In this document: positions 35,349-49,012 of the stretch, one piece after another
Layout: the number at the start of each line of letters is the position of its first letter
How positions within the stretch are numbered: the first letter of the stretch is position 1
DNA from: Anthoceros angustus
Lineage: Eukaryota; Plantae; Anthocerotophyta
Assembly: GCA_010909165.1 (NCBI GenBank)
Contig: MU008183.1
Location: 1 to 64,000, forward strand
Direction: 5' to 3'
DNA length: 64,000 nt
Position numbers and translations under genes: made by a program
Notes under the pieces: generated by a model
Seen by the model: the letters and a program-made list of their open reading frames with translations, nothing else
What the model was told of the DNA's origin: nothing
Databases searched by the model: none

Positions 35349-37800
35349 TGTTACGACCCGGTTCAAGGATTATTATATAAGTACATAATTATCATAACCC
35401 AGGCAAATCACATACCAAGAGCTATCAAGAGCATAATAGCACAACATGAGCATAGATAGTCTCCTCCATGCAACCCGTACCCATCTTTTATTAACATTCT
35501 GTTAAAAAAAACTGTTTACTAGAAAGACCGGTCTTCAATGCCTACTCAATTTATTGTGAAAGTGTTATTATAATAGGAACCTCAAAATTAACTTGGGAAA
35601 GATGTTGAGATGTGGATCAGCCACATAGGAGGATTTGTTACACTTTGCGGGTCTCACTCGAGGGGAACCGACATGCCCCACGCGAATGGAAGAGATTGAT
35701 ATGTAATCCTTGTGCAGAAATAGGAGAGGTGTGGAGATGGTGGGGATAGATGTGGGAAATGGGAAGGGGAATAGTGGGAGTAGTGAATAGATGATAGGGA
35801 GTCATGGAGAGGGATGGGAGAGGGGTTGCTGTGTTGATCAGAGGATAAATGTCACACGGCATGACAGTTGTCGCACGAGGTAAGCACTTGCACTCATATA
35901 AGCACGTCCTCAACAAACAACCAAGCAAAACAAATCTAATATGCAAATATAGATGCAAACCAAAACCCCTGATAATGTGAGACTTCAAGTCAAAACATTA
36001 TCATTAGTAGGACTACATGTATGCACCTCATGTAGCGCATTCGCATGGAAATCACCTCATGGATCACCTCATGGATACACGGCATAACACTTGCAACAAC
36101 ACACTTTAAAATCATTTACAACATTAGACCCCAAACGATGTTTATCCGTTATCATTATTCTAAAATCTCTCTGCACTACTTTTTGTTCTTTGAGTAAGAA
36201 GACTTATGTCATCCCATGTGACACTAATCTCTGACTTGGGTTTAGTGTTTGATTAGCATTACTTAATCTAATTGCTTATATATAAGTAAGTAATTATTAT
36301 TAATTAATTTAAATTATTTATGTTAATTGAGTATTTATTCAGCATTTATTAGTGTTAATTGAGTATTTATTCAGCATTTATTAGCTTTAATTAAACATTG
36401 TTAGCGATAACTAAGTGGATAATTAGAAGTAATATCCTTTAGCATATTCCTTGCATATTATAGTGTATTCTTAAGATATTTACGGCATATGCTGATGCTA
36501 ATAGGATATTTTAGGAATATGCCGATGCCAAGGGCTAGTATATATATAGACCCTTTCATAGAGGACGAGCTCAGATCATAGTTTGTCCTCTAGATATGCA
36601 ATGTAAAAGTGTTGTGAGGAGGCCCTCTAGTGTGCAATGCAAGAGTGTTGTGAGGAGGCCAAAGCTATGACTCCGAGAGTGATGTATGAGGAATTTGCGT
36701 ATTGTTCTCGTAAGGAGAGTGTATTTGTGCCACGATACAGTGCGAGCCACTCTCTCCTATTGTTACAAGCTATGATCTCTTGTGTGCGCTAGATAGGCGT
36801 GTTAAGATTGATAAGCTTGCTAGGCATGTTACGCGATGCTAGGCCACGCAAGGCTTAGTGTGCTAGGCTTGTTAGGCGTGCTAGTGTGCTAGTGTGCTAG
36901 GTGTGCTAGGCGATGCTAGGCCGTGCTAGGCTTAGTGTGCTAGGCTTGCTAGGCTTGCTAAGGAGATGCTAGGCTTGCTAAGGTGATGCTAGACGATGCT
37001 AGCTAGTTAGGCAAGTAGGCAAGGGATCTTCTAAAGCCAACGTGGAGCTTAAAGAGTGTTCCCCATGCTTAAGGCCAAGAGAGCGGACCAAGGCCAAAGG
37101 AGAGGCCCAAGTCCTTAAGCTTGAGGCCAAGAGAAAGGACCCGAGGCCAAAAGAGAGGCCCAAGTTCGTTGGCTTGAGGCCAAGAGAGAGGACCAAGGCC
37201 AAAGGAGATATGCAAGTCCTTAGACGTGAGACCAAGAGAAAGGACCCAGGGCACAAGGAGAGGCCCAAGTCCCAAGGCTTAAGGCCAAGAAGAAGAAAAA
37301 GAAGCCCAAGTCCAAGGAGAGGAATGAGGCCTCCATAAGTGAGTTTGGCCTTTTAAGGCCAACCAAGTAAGGGAGGAAGAAGAGTAAAATACTCTTGGGC
37401 ACCGGATTCCAAGGGATAAGGGAGGAGAGGATAGCAATAGGCATGTTACCAATCCATTTGTTTTCTCGCACCCCATCCAAGTACTGATCCATCGTCCTAA
37501 GGATGCTTAACTGCGGAGTTCTTGTGCATGAGCTATCCAACTCACCCATCTCAACCTCTTGTCTTACAAAGGGATTGAAGAGTATTTGTATGTAATTTGG
37601 ATACGCATAGATACTTAGAGGTTTCACTAACCACGATCTAAGAGCAGAATTCGGATTCTTGCTCATCATCGAGTTTGGGACTATGGTCCACATAAAATTC
37701 TTAGCGCAGAAGCTTGGCTTGGCCGGGCTTGTTTAGTTGCACGATCACTGTTCGGAACCAGCCCATCACCTAGTGGACATGTTTGACAAAAGTGGAAGGT
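35349..37800 (+). mobile_element. Probable long LTR-like remnant with internal tandem repeats
   Basis: Starts TGTTACG; TATATATA at ~36540; GCTAGG micro-repeats at 36810-37020; GAGGCCAAGAGA repeats at 37040-37340. Boundaries are uncertain. Confidence 0.35.
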
Positions 37801-37986
37801 GGTTCATGTGATACTCCTTAGTGTATGCGTCATGTGGTACTCCCTATTGATCATGATTTGGTTATTGCCTAACCTTGTGAGTTGGAATGGCGAGTTTTTG
37901 TGAACTGTTATCCAGCGTGCATGTTCAATGGGCTGCCGTGAATGATGCTTTCGATTCCCTGGAGGAGTCCCGAGGGGAGAGACTAC

Positions 37987-40350
37987 TGTGGGCCACAGAC
38001 TCTCCTCGGAGGTAAGAAATGAGTTAGGTTTTGTTTTCTTTGTAGGTCCGGAGTAGAAAATAAGGCGGGAAGGAAGGAATAGGTCCGGAGTACTCCGGAC
38101 TACACTCCGGAGTAGGTTCAAGGACTATACACCGGAGGAGCCACTGACCGGCAGCAAGGGGCGGATCGCACGTAAATATCAGGTAAGTCCGGACCACACT
38201 CCCGGAAAGGTGACGGATAAGTACGCCAAGTAAAGTAACTTAGGAGTTGGAGCGTGTTTTGCAGATAAGGCCACGTGGAGCCGAGAGGTGGATCGCATGC
38301 AGCAGCACTGAGACCGTAGGGGTGCCACAAGAGAAAGGTGTATTCACGCCCGAGCATGCCGTCAGAAGGCTAGCACGCTAAGGCCGTAGTGTAAGCGTAT
38401 ATGAGGTTATGCACCTCATGGCCACGGGCAAAGGCACCCTCCGACGCCAAGGGGCCCGGGTAGGGGAGGGTCATTTCTTTGTGACCTCGAGACCTCAGTA
38501 CAGCCCGCCACCCGCCTTTGGCCATCTCTGCTTCAGCACCTGCCAAGGGGCTCACCTTGTGGTTGGAGCGGCAACGCGGCGAAGAGGGAGCGTGCGATGT
38601 CGCCAACAATCGACTACTGAGCAAGAAGGCGGCGATGGGACCCAAGAAGGCGGAGGTAAGGGAGCCTGGCACCTGGTGGGCGCAACATTGTCACCGGAGA
38701 ACCCACTGGACCCGCTGGTTGGCGGAGGCCGGACACAGTGGAGAAGTGGCACCTAGACATCTTAGCGGTTTGGGCGTTTTGGCATCCGCTCGTCGAGAAC
38801 ACTCGCCGAAGATCTTGGCGATCGCCCATAAGGAATGCGCTCTAAGAGCCTAAGGAGGACCCGGGAGGTGGACCGTGGAGGTCCCGAGGCGATATACAAC
38901 CGCCCGGAGGAAGAAATTGAGGCATAGTCCGAGCCTCAAAGGCAAGGGAAAGATAGGCGAAGGTGACAATCTTGAAGCCCCAAGACGCAACTGGCTGGTT
39001 GATGTCGGACCTAATTAGACAGCGGTGAGAGCGGTGGCAGGATCATTGTCCTGAACATGCTCACCAAGGTGGATCACCTTGGTGACAATCTGGTGTTCCC
39101 GCATGCTGCGTGAGGAAGAGAGGCCCAGGGAAGGATTATCCTCGCCCGGATCAACCAAGAGGCCAGAAACCATGTAGCGAAGCGCCTCCGGGTTAAATTT
39201 GTCACCCTTCCTCATCCATGTATGGGGACACCTCTACGTCCTGAAGGAGGGGGAAGAAGAGTGGGTGCTCCGGAAGGGGCTGGCGGCCCCTGAGCGAGGC
39301 GGGGAAAGAGCAAAGGCGCGCGAGGCGACCCCTAAGGCCAAAGGTCGGGAGGAGGCAGGAGGGATCCGGGACTCCATCGTGCAGGAGCGGACCCCTCGCC
39401 ACCTAGGGAAGTGTGGGAGGATATCCCTTCCCTCCTCTTGATGCCGAGAAAGGCGGAGGAGGTGGTCACAGGCGGGAGTTGGCGGTTGCACGGCCCGGCC
39501 CGACCAACAATAAAGAATCGAGCCCACCCGCGGACTCGGCGGGAGCCGAAGGCGTAAGATAAGCGCCTACCAGCGAAGTGCCGGGGACCGCCTTGCCCCC
39601 CAAGCCGGGTGGCGGGAGGCGGAGGCCGTGAGGAGGGCGAGAGGGACGCCCGGGAGGCAGGAGGCCACCGGCAACTCACCTGGCCGTCCTTGTCCCCAAG
39701 CCGGAGAGGCAAGGGGCACGGCTTCACCCACCTCAAGGAAGGAGAAGGGCGGAGAAGGAGTTAGGCGCAAGAGGGCCAAGGAAGGTGAGGCTCGGGACCC
39801 ACATTTCGAGACTGGGGTCACGATTAGGTCTGAGCCGGTCCGGACTCGCTCGGGGCTGCAGTATCATGATCCTTACGGGCCGGGAGATGCCTGCGCCCAC
39901 AGTAGGACTTTACAGGCATCTCCCAAGTGGCCGTGGAGGAAAGGCGGGCGTTTTGGCTACCGTCATGGGGCCGGCATGCTTTGGGGTCTGCGGGGACGCG
40001 TAAAAGACCCAGAGGTGGAGGCAACAAGGCGCACAGTGCTCCTCCAGGGAGGCGGAGTGGAAGCGGCCAGGATCTGCGGAAGAAGGCGGACTCCTTCGCT
40101 CAATCGAGGAGCATCGAGAAGAGGCGAGCGGGAGGTCCTCAATTAAAGCCGGACCAAGGTCCTTGTATGTCACGAATAAGTGAAAACAGCGCGAGGAGGC
40201 CCAAGCAGGCGAAGACCTCTGCGGAGGAGGTGGCAGAAGGAGGCGGAGGAGGCCCGAGGGCAGAGAGGCTGACCGGGCCGAGGTGGCCCGACCGGACCAA
40301 CACCGGCCGGTGAGGCTCAGTGAAGGTGGCGCGAGGCGGAAGCCGCGGCT
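37987..40350 (+). mobile_element. Gypsy-like LTR and flanking remnant related to the 52587-58090 family
   Basis: Purine tract GAGGGGAGAG followed by TGTGGGC...AGAAATGAGTTAGGTTTTGTTTTCTTTGTAGGT...GTAGAAAATAAGGCGG, similar to the LTR starts at 52587 and 56666. The right boundary is uncertain. Confidence 0.55.
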
Positions 40351-41159
40351 AAGGGGATCGGATCACATCGACGTGATCGAAACACGCGGAGGAGACGTGT
40401 AGCCGCTAACCCAAGGCGAACAGAGGCATGAGACAGCGGCCAGGCGGCATAAGAGAAGGAGGCCAGCAATGGAGATGGAGGATCTCGGGGCTCGATTCGT
40501 GAAGTGGAGAAACAATGACGAGATGGAAGACCGCAAGGAGACCTTGGAGCTACACCTGCCGCGTCGTGCCAGGAGGGAGCTCACGTTTCTTGGCCGGCTC
40601 TGAGCTTCCCGCATCAGCAGTGTCAGCGGGTCCCTTGCGAGCAACAGGGGAGGCAGTTGTCCTAGCCGCCTTGCTTGCTGCAAAGCGGCCTAGGTTGTCT
40701 CTTGCTAGCTGGCGGGGGTTCGCATCCTCAGAGGAGGATGACATCTCGATCAGGTTACGCTCTACAACCTCTTCTCCAATTGCACACAGCGTGAAGAGGA
40801 AGAAGAGGAGTATAGCGCACCTGGTGGGGACTGGTTTCTCACTGGCACGCTCGAATATATAAAAGCCAGGAGTTAGCGAACGCACCGAACGCAATGCATC
40901 TGCAGCTTTCACCCGACTCCATCCTACAAGGACTGGAGATGATCCAGTCGCTGGAGCATCACTTTCAAAAATGATCAACAAGTGGGGGTGAAGAGATATA
41001 CACTACTAGAAACATGGTGCCCATGTTACGGGTTTTTGACACAATTCTTGATACGGCCCTCTAGAACGTTACATTGTTGCTACGTGCTTTGCATACAAAC
41101 TGCATTTGTTACACTCAGATAACACTATTCCCTTCGGCGGGTGCATTGTGTTCCTATTA

Positions 41160-42750
41160 CCCGCCTCCCGCCTTTTCGCACTGCCCCTTATAATACAATA
41201 TTCGGTTTAAAGAGTGCCAAGTCGCGGGCTCCACGATGCGCCGGTCGTGGAACCGGAGTTCCGCTCCCGCTGCTGCTTTTTTAAGTGCGTGGCTCACATC
41301 GATGGCGTCCGTGTCCTCTACCATTCCATACGTCAGATAGGGCGACGCACATGGCCTGTGCCATGGAGGAAATGGAGCCGATGGCCATAAAGGCGCCACG
41401 ATCGTCCGGACGGCCGCCACCACCATGTAAGTCGGTATGTCCGGCTGAATGCCCATGCTAGGGTGAGTTGTGGGTACTTCCAAACAGTGGGCAAACGATT
41501 TGACGGCGGTGTGCGAAAGAGGGCGTGGACCGCGTGACTCAATGCAGCGACTACGCGGACGCCGCGAAGCGCGTGGGTGGATCGACCAGCGTCTTGGGAT
41601 GCCAGTTTTTTGCATTACCTTTGTGAAGTCACAGTGCCAAGCTCGTGTCGGATGGTTTTCATCCTGTGTCCCTCGTGCGGGATTTCCAAAGGCAGGGCCT
41701 TGAAATTTGGGACTCCAGCAATGGCACTGAGCTGGAGAGGGTCCAGTCCTACAAACACCGCAACAACAGCGGCGATGAACACTTGGGATCTCCACACGAC
41801 AAACAACGTCGCAGTGGTTGCTAGCTAGTGGGAGCGCTCGAATGAATTGTGCCTCTTGCAAAACACTGCACAATCAAGATCATGGAACATGACATTCCCT
41901 AGCGTGACAGTGCATACATCGACACCAAGTTTCGATATGAACTGCCCAAGAAACTCGCCTTCAAAAACCTCCACCAGTGGATCGGAAAGACACTTTATTC
42001 TAACAGTACGCATGCGATCGACCGGAGCCCATACAAGATCCCTCCAGCCAAGGTGTAGCACGCTCGACTATCATTTCCGCTAGAAGCCGGAAATGCCCTC
42101 ATTGCACATGAAATGCATAACTGCAAACCGCTCCACCTGCTAAGTGAATGTAACTGGTTCAAACCGTGGAAGTTTGCACTGCCCACTTGTTGCTTCATAA
42201 GCCACTATACCACATGCTGTCAAGGGGATGTGAGCATGGATCGCAAGGCATACTGCCTGCCTGCAGTGTACCGACGCCATCCCATTGAGGGCCCCTTTCC
42301 GCACATAGATATGCCGGCCCCACATCCACTTGTGATATTGAGCCTCTTCTTGCAAAGATGTCCGCAAGTTCCCACAAATCCATTGTGCCTTGTTTGGTGT
42401 CGACATATTTTCACCAAATTGGGCCACCTTCACTACAAGAACGCCAAACTTGTTGGCCCTACCATCGCATCGCAATACATTCTCTCCTTGAGTCTCAAAC
42501 CTCGTGACAATGATATTGTCCCGCCATGCTTGCCTCGGTTCGGATCGCCAAACACGAATATAGCGAGCTTTTCGCCCGTAAAGCCCACACCACAACCTTT
42601 CCGAGCATGCTGCCCACACATCCGCCTTTCCCCACCATCTCTCGGATGGCAAGACTGCAACGGACCATCGCCTTCCAAGCTTGCCCTTGCTGCAAAAACG
42701 ATGATGCATTTCGCAACCCCGATGCCTCCATGACTGGACCACCCACTTGC
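41160..42750 (-). pseudogene. Possible degenerate protein-kinase-like cargo gene
   Basis: In order on the minus strand: GVLVVKVA...SLQEEAQYHKWMWGRHI, GGILYGL..IACVLL, VMFHDLDCA, CDV. Several frameshifts are needed to join these. Confidence 0.25.
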
Positions 42751-42999
42751 CATCTCCCGCTTCCTAACGGTCTTCACCGTCCCCAAATCGGTAGGCCCAG
42801 ACATACACCTTCTCCTCACCTTCCACGGGCCCGAGGTCCGGCCCAAATCGGAGGGGCAGCACTTCATCCCCTTCGCCCGCTGGAGCCGGCCGCTCAGACG
42901 GTGTCATAATCCGTTCCTTCAGACGCTCCGCCCATGCCGCCTCCCACCGCTAAACGGTATTCTATTGGCGGTCCGCCATTGCTAAGGACACACCGCCCA

Positions 43000-45260
43000 T
43001 GCGCCGTGGTGTCTGTAATGGCCGACATGTCCTACCGGAAGTAAGCCTCGCCTCGTTTCCATGGCGCAGCGCGAGATGGCGGAGCAAAGGCATCGGGCTG
43101 AGAAAACCGCAACATCGGATTCGCGATCACCACACCGCCTCTTCCTCCAAAGATATGGAAGAAACGACGCCGGAATTGTGGAACACTTACCACCGGAGCC
43201 GCACTCGATATCGCCTCTCGCAGGATGGTGGTTGTCTGCCATCAGCGTAAGCACATTTAGTACCGCACATTTCCCGACGGGCATGAGTTTTCGCCATAAA
43301 GCACTTGCTTGCTTGGAGAGTTCACAACGCGCCCTCACGCCGATCGCCATCATACTCACCATCGCCACTTCATTCTCACCGCCTCGCGCGACACGGGAAA
43401 GAAGCACGCCATTGCGCCTCGCGACGAAGCCGCCTTGTCAACGCGCACAATGGTCCGACGATCCGGAGTTCACAACGCATATACCGCCCATGCCCAGTTG
43501 TGCAGAAGCAAATTCCGACATTTCGCTGACCGCCAAAGAACAATCCGGTCTTGGTTCCGCGAGGTGTGTACTTGATGTTTTTACAGCTCTTTCGTGGATG
43601 CGAACGATGATCCGCTCGACCCCCTCATGCCCGCATTGAGTTCCCGCAGCCGATGCCCATTCTCATGAAGTTGGCAATGGCCACCCGCCTCGCACTGTAC
43701 GATATTCCGGCGGTGCCACACGCCGCCCGCCCACCGCAAATGCGAGTGTGTGAACTCGACCACACGGGCGGATACAGCAGCCAATGCCGGACGGTGTATG
43801 GTTGTGAGAGGACATGCTGCGACCTTGATGCGACGCTAGGTGGACACCGATGCGACGCGCCGCGACCATGACGCTGCGCGACGCGACCTTCATGCCGACG
43901 GAGGAGATTCTGTGGACTTGGATGAACTATTGGCCGGTGTTCCCGACGTCGCAAGGAGAGAGCATATGCCCGGATGCTGGAAATGCCCTTGTTCACCATC
44001 GCAACCTTGCACCTCGAAGAGTCCCGCTTAATCGCAACCGCTCTTGCTTTCCATTCAAACTCGTTATGGCATACCGACGTCGATGTCGATGCAGTGTTGT
44101 TGGGCTGCATTTGTTGCCCGAGAGGAATTCTCCGCCCAAGTCGACGGAGGCTAAAAAGACATTGTACTCTTCGGGCCGCACTTCAAGAAAATTCATGCTC
44201 GTAAATGATCGCATGTCGCTTCGGGCCCCTATGCGCGGACCACGCGAATGCATTAAATGCTCGCAGACAGATATGTCGAGGGCGTGGATCGCCAAACGGC
44301 GCTAGGAGAGCTCCTGTGAAAGTTCTGGCACTTTCCAAGGATAGGCCCGCATGTTTAGAGCACCGCATAATCGCAAGGCTAATGACAACACATGGATCTG
44401 GAGCACGATGGGTCCATGGGCATAATGGTGACAACCGCATGGGAGGTTTTAGATGGATTGGATGGCTTTGGCTCGGAACCCGTAAACATCCGTCTCGCTT
44501 GCAACGGACGGTTTAACCCATTTGGACACAAGTCCACAACTACATCTATATGGCTGTTATGCTATTCTTACACAACCTTCCACCATGGCTAAGCACGAAC
44601 CGCTTATACCATCATGCATTGTGCGGGCCCTCACATTGTGCCGAACTTTGATGTTTACATGGAACCTCTTTTGGAGGAGTTGAGAGACCTGGCATGGGAT
44701 ACCCATGGACGACTTTCCCCCGACAGCCGACGGCGCTTCACGCTATGAGTGCTTTGCACACCATAGCCGATTATCCGCATTGGCACACTCCACGGCTTTC
44801 GTGTGAAGGGTTCAAGGGCATGCGAATGTTGGGATGGCTTAGACTCGCTGGGCCCACCACGCGCGTAAGGAGGAGTACCTTGGCTCGGCGGTGGCTTCCC
44901 AATCATCCCATGCGCGGTAGACATGGACCGGTACAACAATGAAGTGGAGCGGCCTCGTCCCAATCCCCTCGACGCTTAATGGCGTATATGGAAAAGAGAG
45001 ATAATGCAACAACCGGAGTTGAGGGAGAGGCAAGTTTGGCACCGCCGCAAAAGCTTATGGTTTGATTACCGCCGTATTGGAGACACATGCTGAGGTGGAC
45101 ACAAAGGGATGTTATGCACATTAAGAAGAACAATGCAAAGGCTTTGTGGCAGACCTTCATAGGAGAGAAAGATGATCTACGATCCCGTTTAGACATGGAA
45201 GAATACGGGGGCAAGCATGAGCTATGGCCATTGCTAGGCAATAGGGAGATGTCATGACAC
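43000..45260 (+). pseudogene. Degenerate, 3'-truncated CACTA Tnp2 transposase (copy B1)
   Basis: LLPERNSPPKS, ECIKCS, APVKVL, NIRLA..GFNPFGHKS, HNLPPW, DVYMEPLLEEL, PYWRHML...DVMHIKKN. Confidence 0.8.
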
Positions 45261-45639
45261 CCTGGTGTTGTGTTCGGTGAAGGGGTATGTGGGTGCATGC
45301 ATGTGCGTGAATATGGTATGTATGTCCGCTTATGGACATGCATGCATGGTGGGAATGAATGATGGATGTGCATGCGATGCTGAACATGCACTACAACAAA
45401 AAGCTTGGATTTATGACGGGCTTGTAATGACGGGTTTCTAGTTGCCACACTATTGGGCCTTAAAAACGACGGCGCGGCTGATATATGACGGTTTGGTGTG
45501 TATGTCATTGTGCTTGAATGACGGAGAGCCAGCCCGTCTTTTTCCATGTCATACTCTCGCTGTCCTATGCCATTGTTGGCCCCAACAGGTCCGGAAGAGC
45601 TTGCGGTTACCAGCTCCACCGGTTCGGATGCTCACGGCG

Positions 45640-45755
45640 CATTCCCATCCCACTCCCACCCTGCCCCCCATCCGACGCATTCCCATCCCACTCCCACCCT
45701 GCGCCCCATCCGACGCATTCCCATCCCACTCCCACCCTGCCCCCCATCCGTCCAT
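45640..45755. repeat. ~38-bp tandem repeat, 3 copies
   Basis: GCATTCCCATCCCACTCCCACCCTGCCCCCATCCGAC units. Confidence 0.9.
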
Positions 45756-45979
45756 GCCGTGGCATTTGGATAGCCAATAAGTCACGGCATCGCCTTGAGG
45801 TTTGTCGACATCTTTGGTGAAGTTTGGTTGAGCGGCACTCCAGGTGTCGTTCATGAGCAATAAAATAAGGCGGCCTTGATTGGATTCACGACCCACGTGT
45901 CCGACTTCTGGATAAAGCGGTGTCACGGTCCTTGGCCATCGTCAGCCATTGGCCGCCCTCCTTTTCCGCACATCAATGG

Positions 45980-48900
45980 ATGCTCCACGCAACAACGCGG
46001 ATCCCAAGGATTCTCTCATTGCGCTTGCGACACCAGCGCATCCGGCGGAACGCCAGCCCGCTCGAGCGCTCTTGGCGCGGCTTCTTCCGAGATCGTTTTC
46101 CTTTTCACCTACAGTACGCCGCACCACCCTGGCGATGGAGCCTACCAGCGTATTTTCTTCTTTGGCGGGGCTCGGCGGCGAGGCCATATCGATGAGGAGG
46201 AATTGGACCTTCCCAACCCGGAGCCGGCGCGATTCCAGGCGAGGCAAGCCATTCATCGGGGCCAAGACTGCGGCGCGCATTGCCGCCATCCCTTTGAGTC
46301 GACTTTCCAATGGTTCATGACCAGATATGGCCCACGAACACATGGCCAACACCCAAAAGGAATTGAGAGAGGCGATGGGGGGTGCCGCGTGTGACAATCT
46401 ACGAGGCCTGCGCATGTGGACGATCGAAGAGCCCGAACGTTCTTCACACACACGGTATCGGGGTTACGGCATTGCGGCCATCGGGACGGTTGATCTCCGA
46501 CGCGGGCATTACTGCTATTTTCAGCCTCTTGGCGTCGGACTTCCTCCCCAAGTGCAACACACTCCCCCGCTCCAGGTCGGAAGTCAAATCAATGCTCCTA
46601 CACGTAGGTCAGAAATGCATCCGCATTGATGCCTGTGTAGGTGACTGCATCCTGTTTTGGGGGCCCCGCTCGGAAGAAACCGTCTGCGAGTTCTGCGAGG
46701 AGCCCAGGTTCCGGGCTGGTGCAACAGGCCAGCCGATTCCGCGGAAAACGATGTTTTACTTCCCAATTGCCGATCGGCTAAGACGGATGTTTGCATGCGC
46801 ATCCACCGCGGGGCAACTCACATGGTGGAAAAAGCACCGCAGCACAGATGGTCTGCTACGTATAATGAGCGACACCCCCGCTTGGAGACAATTGGATGCA
46901 GTGGACGGATTCGGAGAGGAGGGCCGATGAATATTCAATTTGAGCTTGGCGCTTGGCGGCTTCAACCCCAGTGGCCATCGTTCATCGGCTTATACCATAT
47001 GGCCGGTTCTTCTCCTCATCCATAACCTGCCTCCATGGGTAGCCACCAAACGCCAACGTATCCTCATGCCCATCATTATTCCTGGCCCGAAGCAAGTGAA
47101 GAACATGGATGTATATATGGCCCCCCATGCCGAGGCTGGGAGTTGTGGATAGGTGTTCGGCGGTGACCTTTCCAAACCGCTGGATGACCCAGCTCATTTG
47201 TTCACCCTCCGAGCTGCCATTCTGCATGCAACTTGACTACCGGGGAGCACTATTTGGGCTAAGGGCACGGGCTACCAGGTGCATTGATTGTGGGCACCCG
47301 CTTAGGCCCCAGCTGGTCCAATGCTCTTGACAAAGTTGTTGTCCGAGGTCACCGGCGAAATTGAAATGACCATGGAGGATAGAGCACATTGAGTTCTTCA
47401 ACAACCTTCCGGAGCGACGCCCACCTCCGCTTCCAACAAAATTGCAGGTGATATAGCAAAGACAGATGGAAGCATGGGTGAACGCCACCGTTGGAGAGGA
47501 CTACCTGGCTGTGTGAAGCGAGTCCGCCATCCTTTCCACCCTGCCATACTTGCTCTGCATTCCGAAACTGTGGATTAAAGATGTTATGCATACGGAGGTG
47601 AACAACTGCCAGGCGTTTTGGAAAGTATGGACGGGGTTATGGGACACACACAACGCACGAATCGACCTTATGGATTTGGACTCCAAACCCTGGTTGTGGC
47701 TTGTGTGGGATGACAATGGCGAAGCACACCTTCCAGATGCTTCCTACAGTTTGAGCAAACCAGACATACACTGTGTGAAAGATGAGCTTTGTGCCATTAA
47801 ACCCCCAACCGCTTTCGGGTCCAATATCAGCACGTGTTTTCGTGGGGACAAGGTAACGGGCCTCAAGAGCCACGATTGGCACTTGCTCATGCAGTATTAC
47901 TTTCCTATTGCCTTGCGACACCGATTGAAAGGCCCGGAGTATGATACATTCATTCAACTCAGCAGCATTTACCGCTGGATTTGCCAAAAGGCAATCAACC
48001 CGACTGAGATTCCAGCGATGCGTGCGAAAGCAATTTCCACTCTTATTTCTCTGGAGCGTTATTACCCTTCGGTGATATGGAATCCTATGCAGCATTTGGT
48101 AATCCACCTCATCGACGAGGTGGAGACTCACGCACTGCGCACGCTCGTTGGATGTTTCCTGCTGAGCGTCACCTTAATGTACTGAAACAATCCATCCGCC
48201 AGCGCGCAAGGCCAGAGGGGAGCATGGCGACTGGCTTCCTAGCAAGGGAGAGCATGTTCTACTCCTCCCGCTACCTGGCTGCCAGAAACCCAGGAAAGGC
48301 TCATCTTTTCCAGCAAACACCGCAAGACCGCACAGTTGAGCGCCCCATCGGCAAGGGAAAGCCTAAAAGCCACCGCTACCGGCTCAAACGGTTGCATCGC
48401 ATTTCTGCCGCAGCAATTGGAGGTGTCCGCAACAAGCCATTCTAAACAGTATTCGCCAAAGAACTTTAGGGATGGCTCAAAAGTGCGGTGCGGGATGGCC
48501 GCTGGAGCCACCTGCCGGAGTTCGATGATATTAGGGCTTTGGTGAACGGCCCAAGACAAAGAGTAATGTCCTTCCGAGGGTTGGAGACTATGGGCTATCA
48601 TTTCCGAACAGTGGAAGGAGATGCAAACCGAAAGGTTTCCCAGGACAGTTGGGTATTTGGAACTTTTGATATGGAAGATCAACCGGTCCAATTTTATGGT
48701 AGACTGTTTGAAATCCTGGATGTTGCCTTCGAAGGTGGCGGAGTCAAAGCCTTCATCTTCGTCGTCAACTGGTTCAATTGTGCAACTACGGGCAGGCAGA
48801 TTTCTATGCATCCAGACATCAGCGGCTTCACAGCAGTGGATTCAAAGCAGCTTTACCGCTACCGGAGAGACCATATGACAGGCCCGTATACTTTCCCAAG

Positions 48901-49012
48901 GCACGTCAAACAAGATTTGGCTCACCCGGATTCGGGCCCCGGGCGCGGTGGGTGGTATGTGTGCACCCCCGTGCCCTCACGGTGGGATTCCTTGTTAGAG
49001 GAAGATGACTGA
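45980..49012 (+). pseudogene. CACTA transposase copy B2 (Tnp2 core, DUF4218- and DUF4216-like regions), frameshifted
   Basis: IDACVGDCILF, CEFCEEPRF, IPRKTMFYFPIADRLRRMF, GFNPSG, WPVLLLIHNLPPW, IPGPKQVKNMDVY, DVMHTEVN, GLKSHDWH, RWMFPAERHL..LKQSIRQRARPEGSMA, FYGRLFEIL, VNWF. Confidence 0.93.

Larger units (their letters stand above)
41001..49012 (+). mobile_element. CACTA locus B (left TIR plus two transposase copies); right end not identified
   Basis: CACTACTAGAAA at 41001 with TGTTAC subterminal motifs; two downstream Tnp2 regions. Confidence 0.75.

Noticed and set aside
38370-40981. Numerous overlapping Arg/Gly/Pro-rich ORFs
   Set aside because: GC-rich retroelement debris with no recognisable domain motifs.
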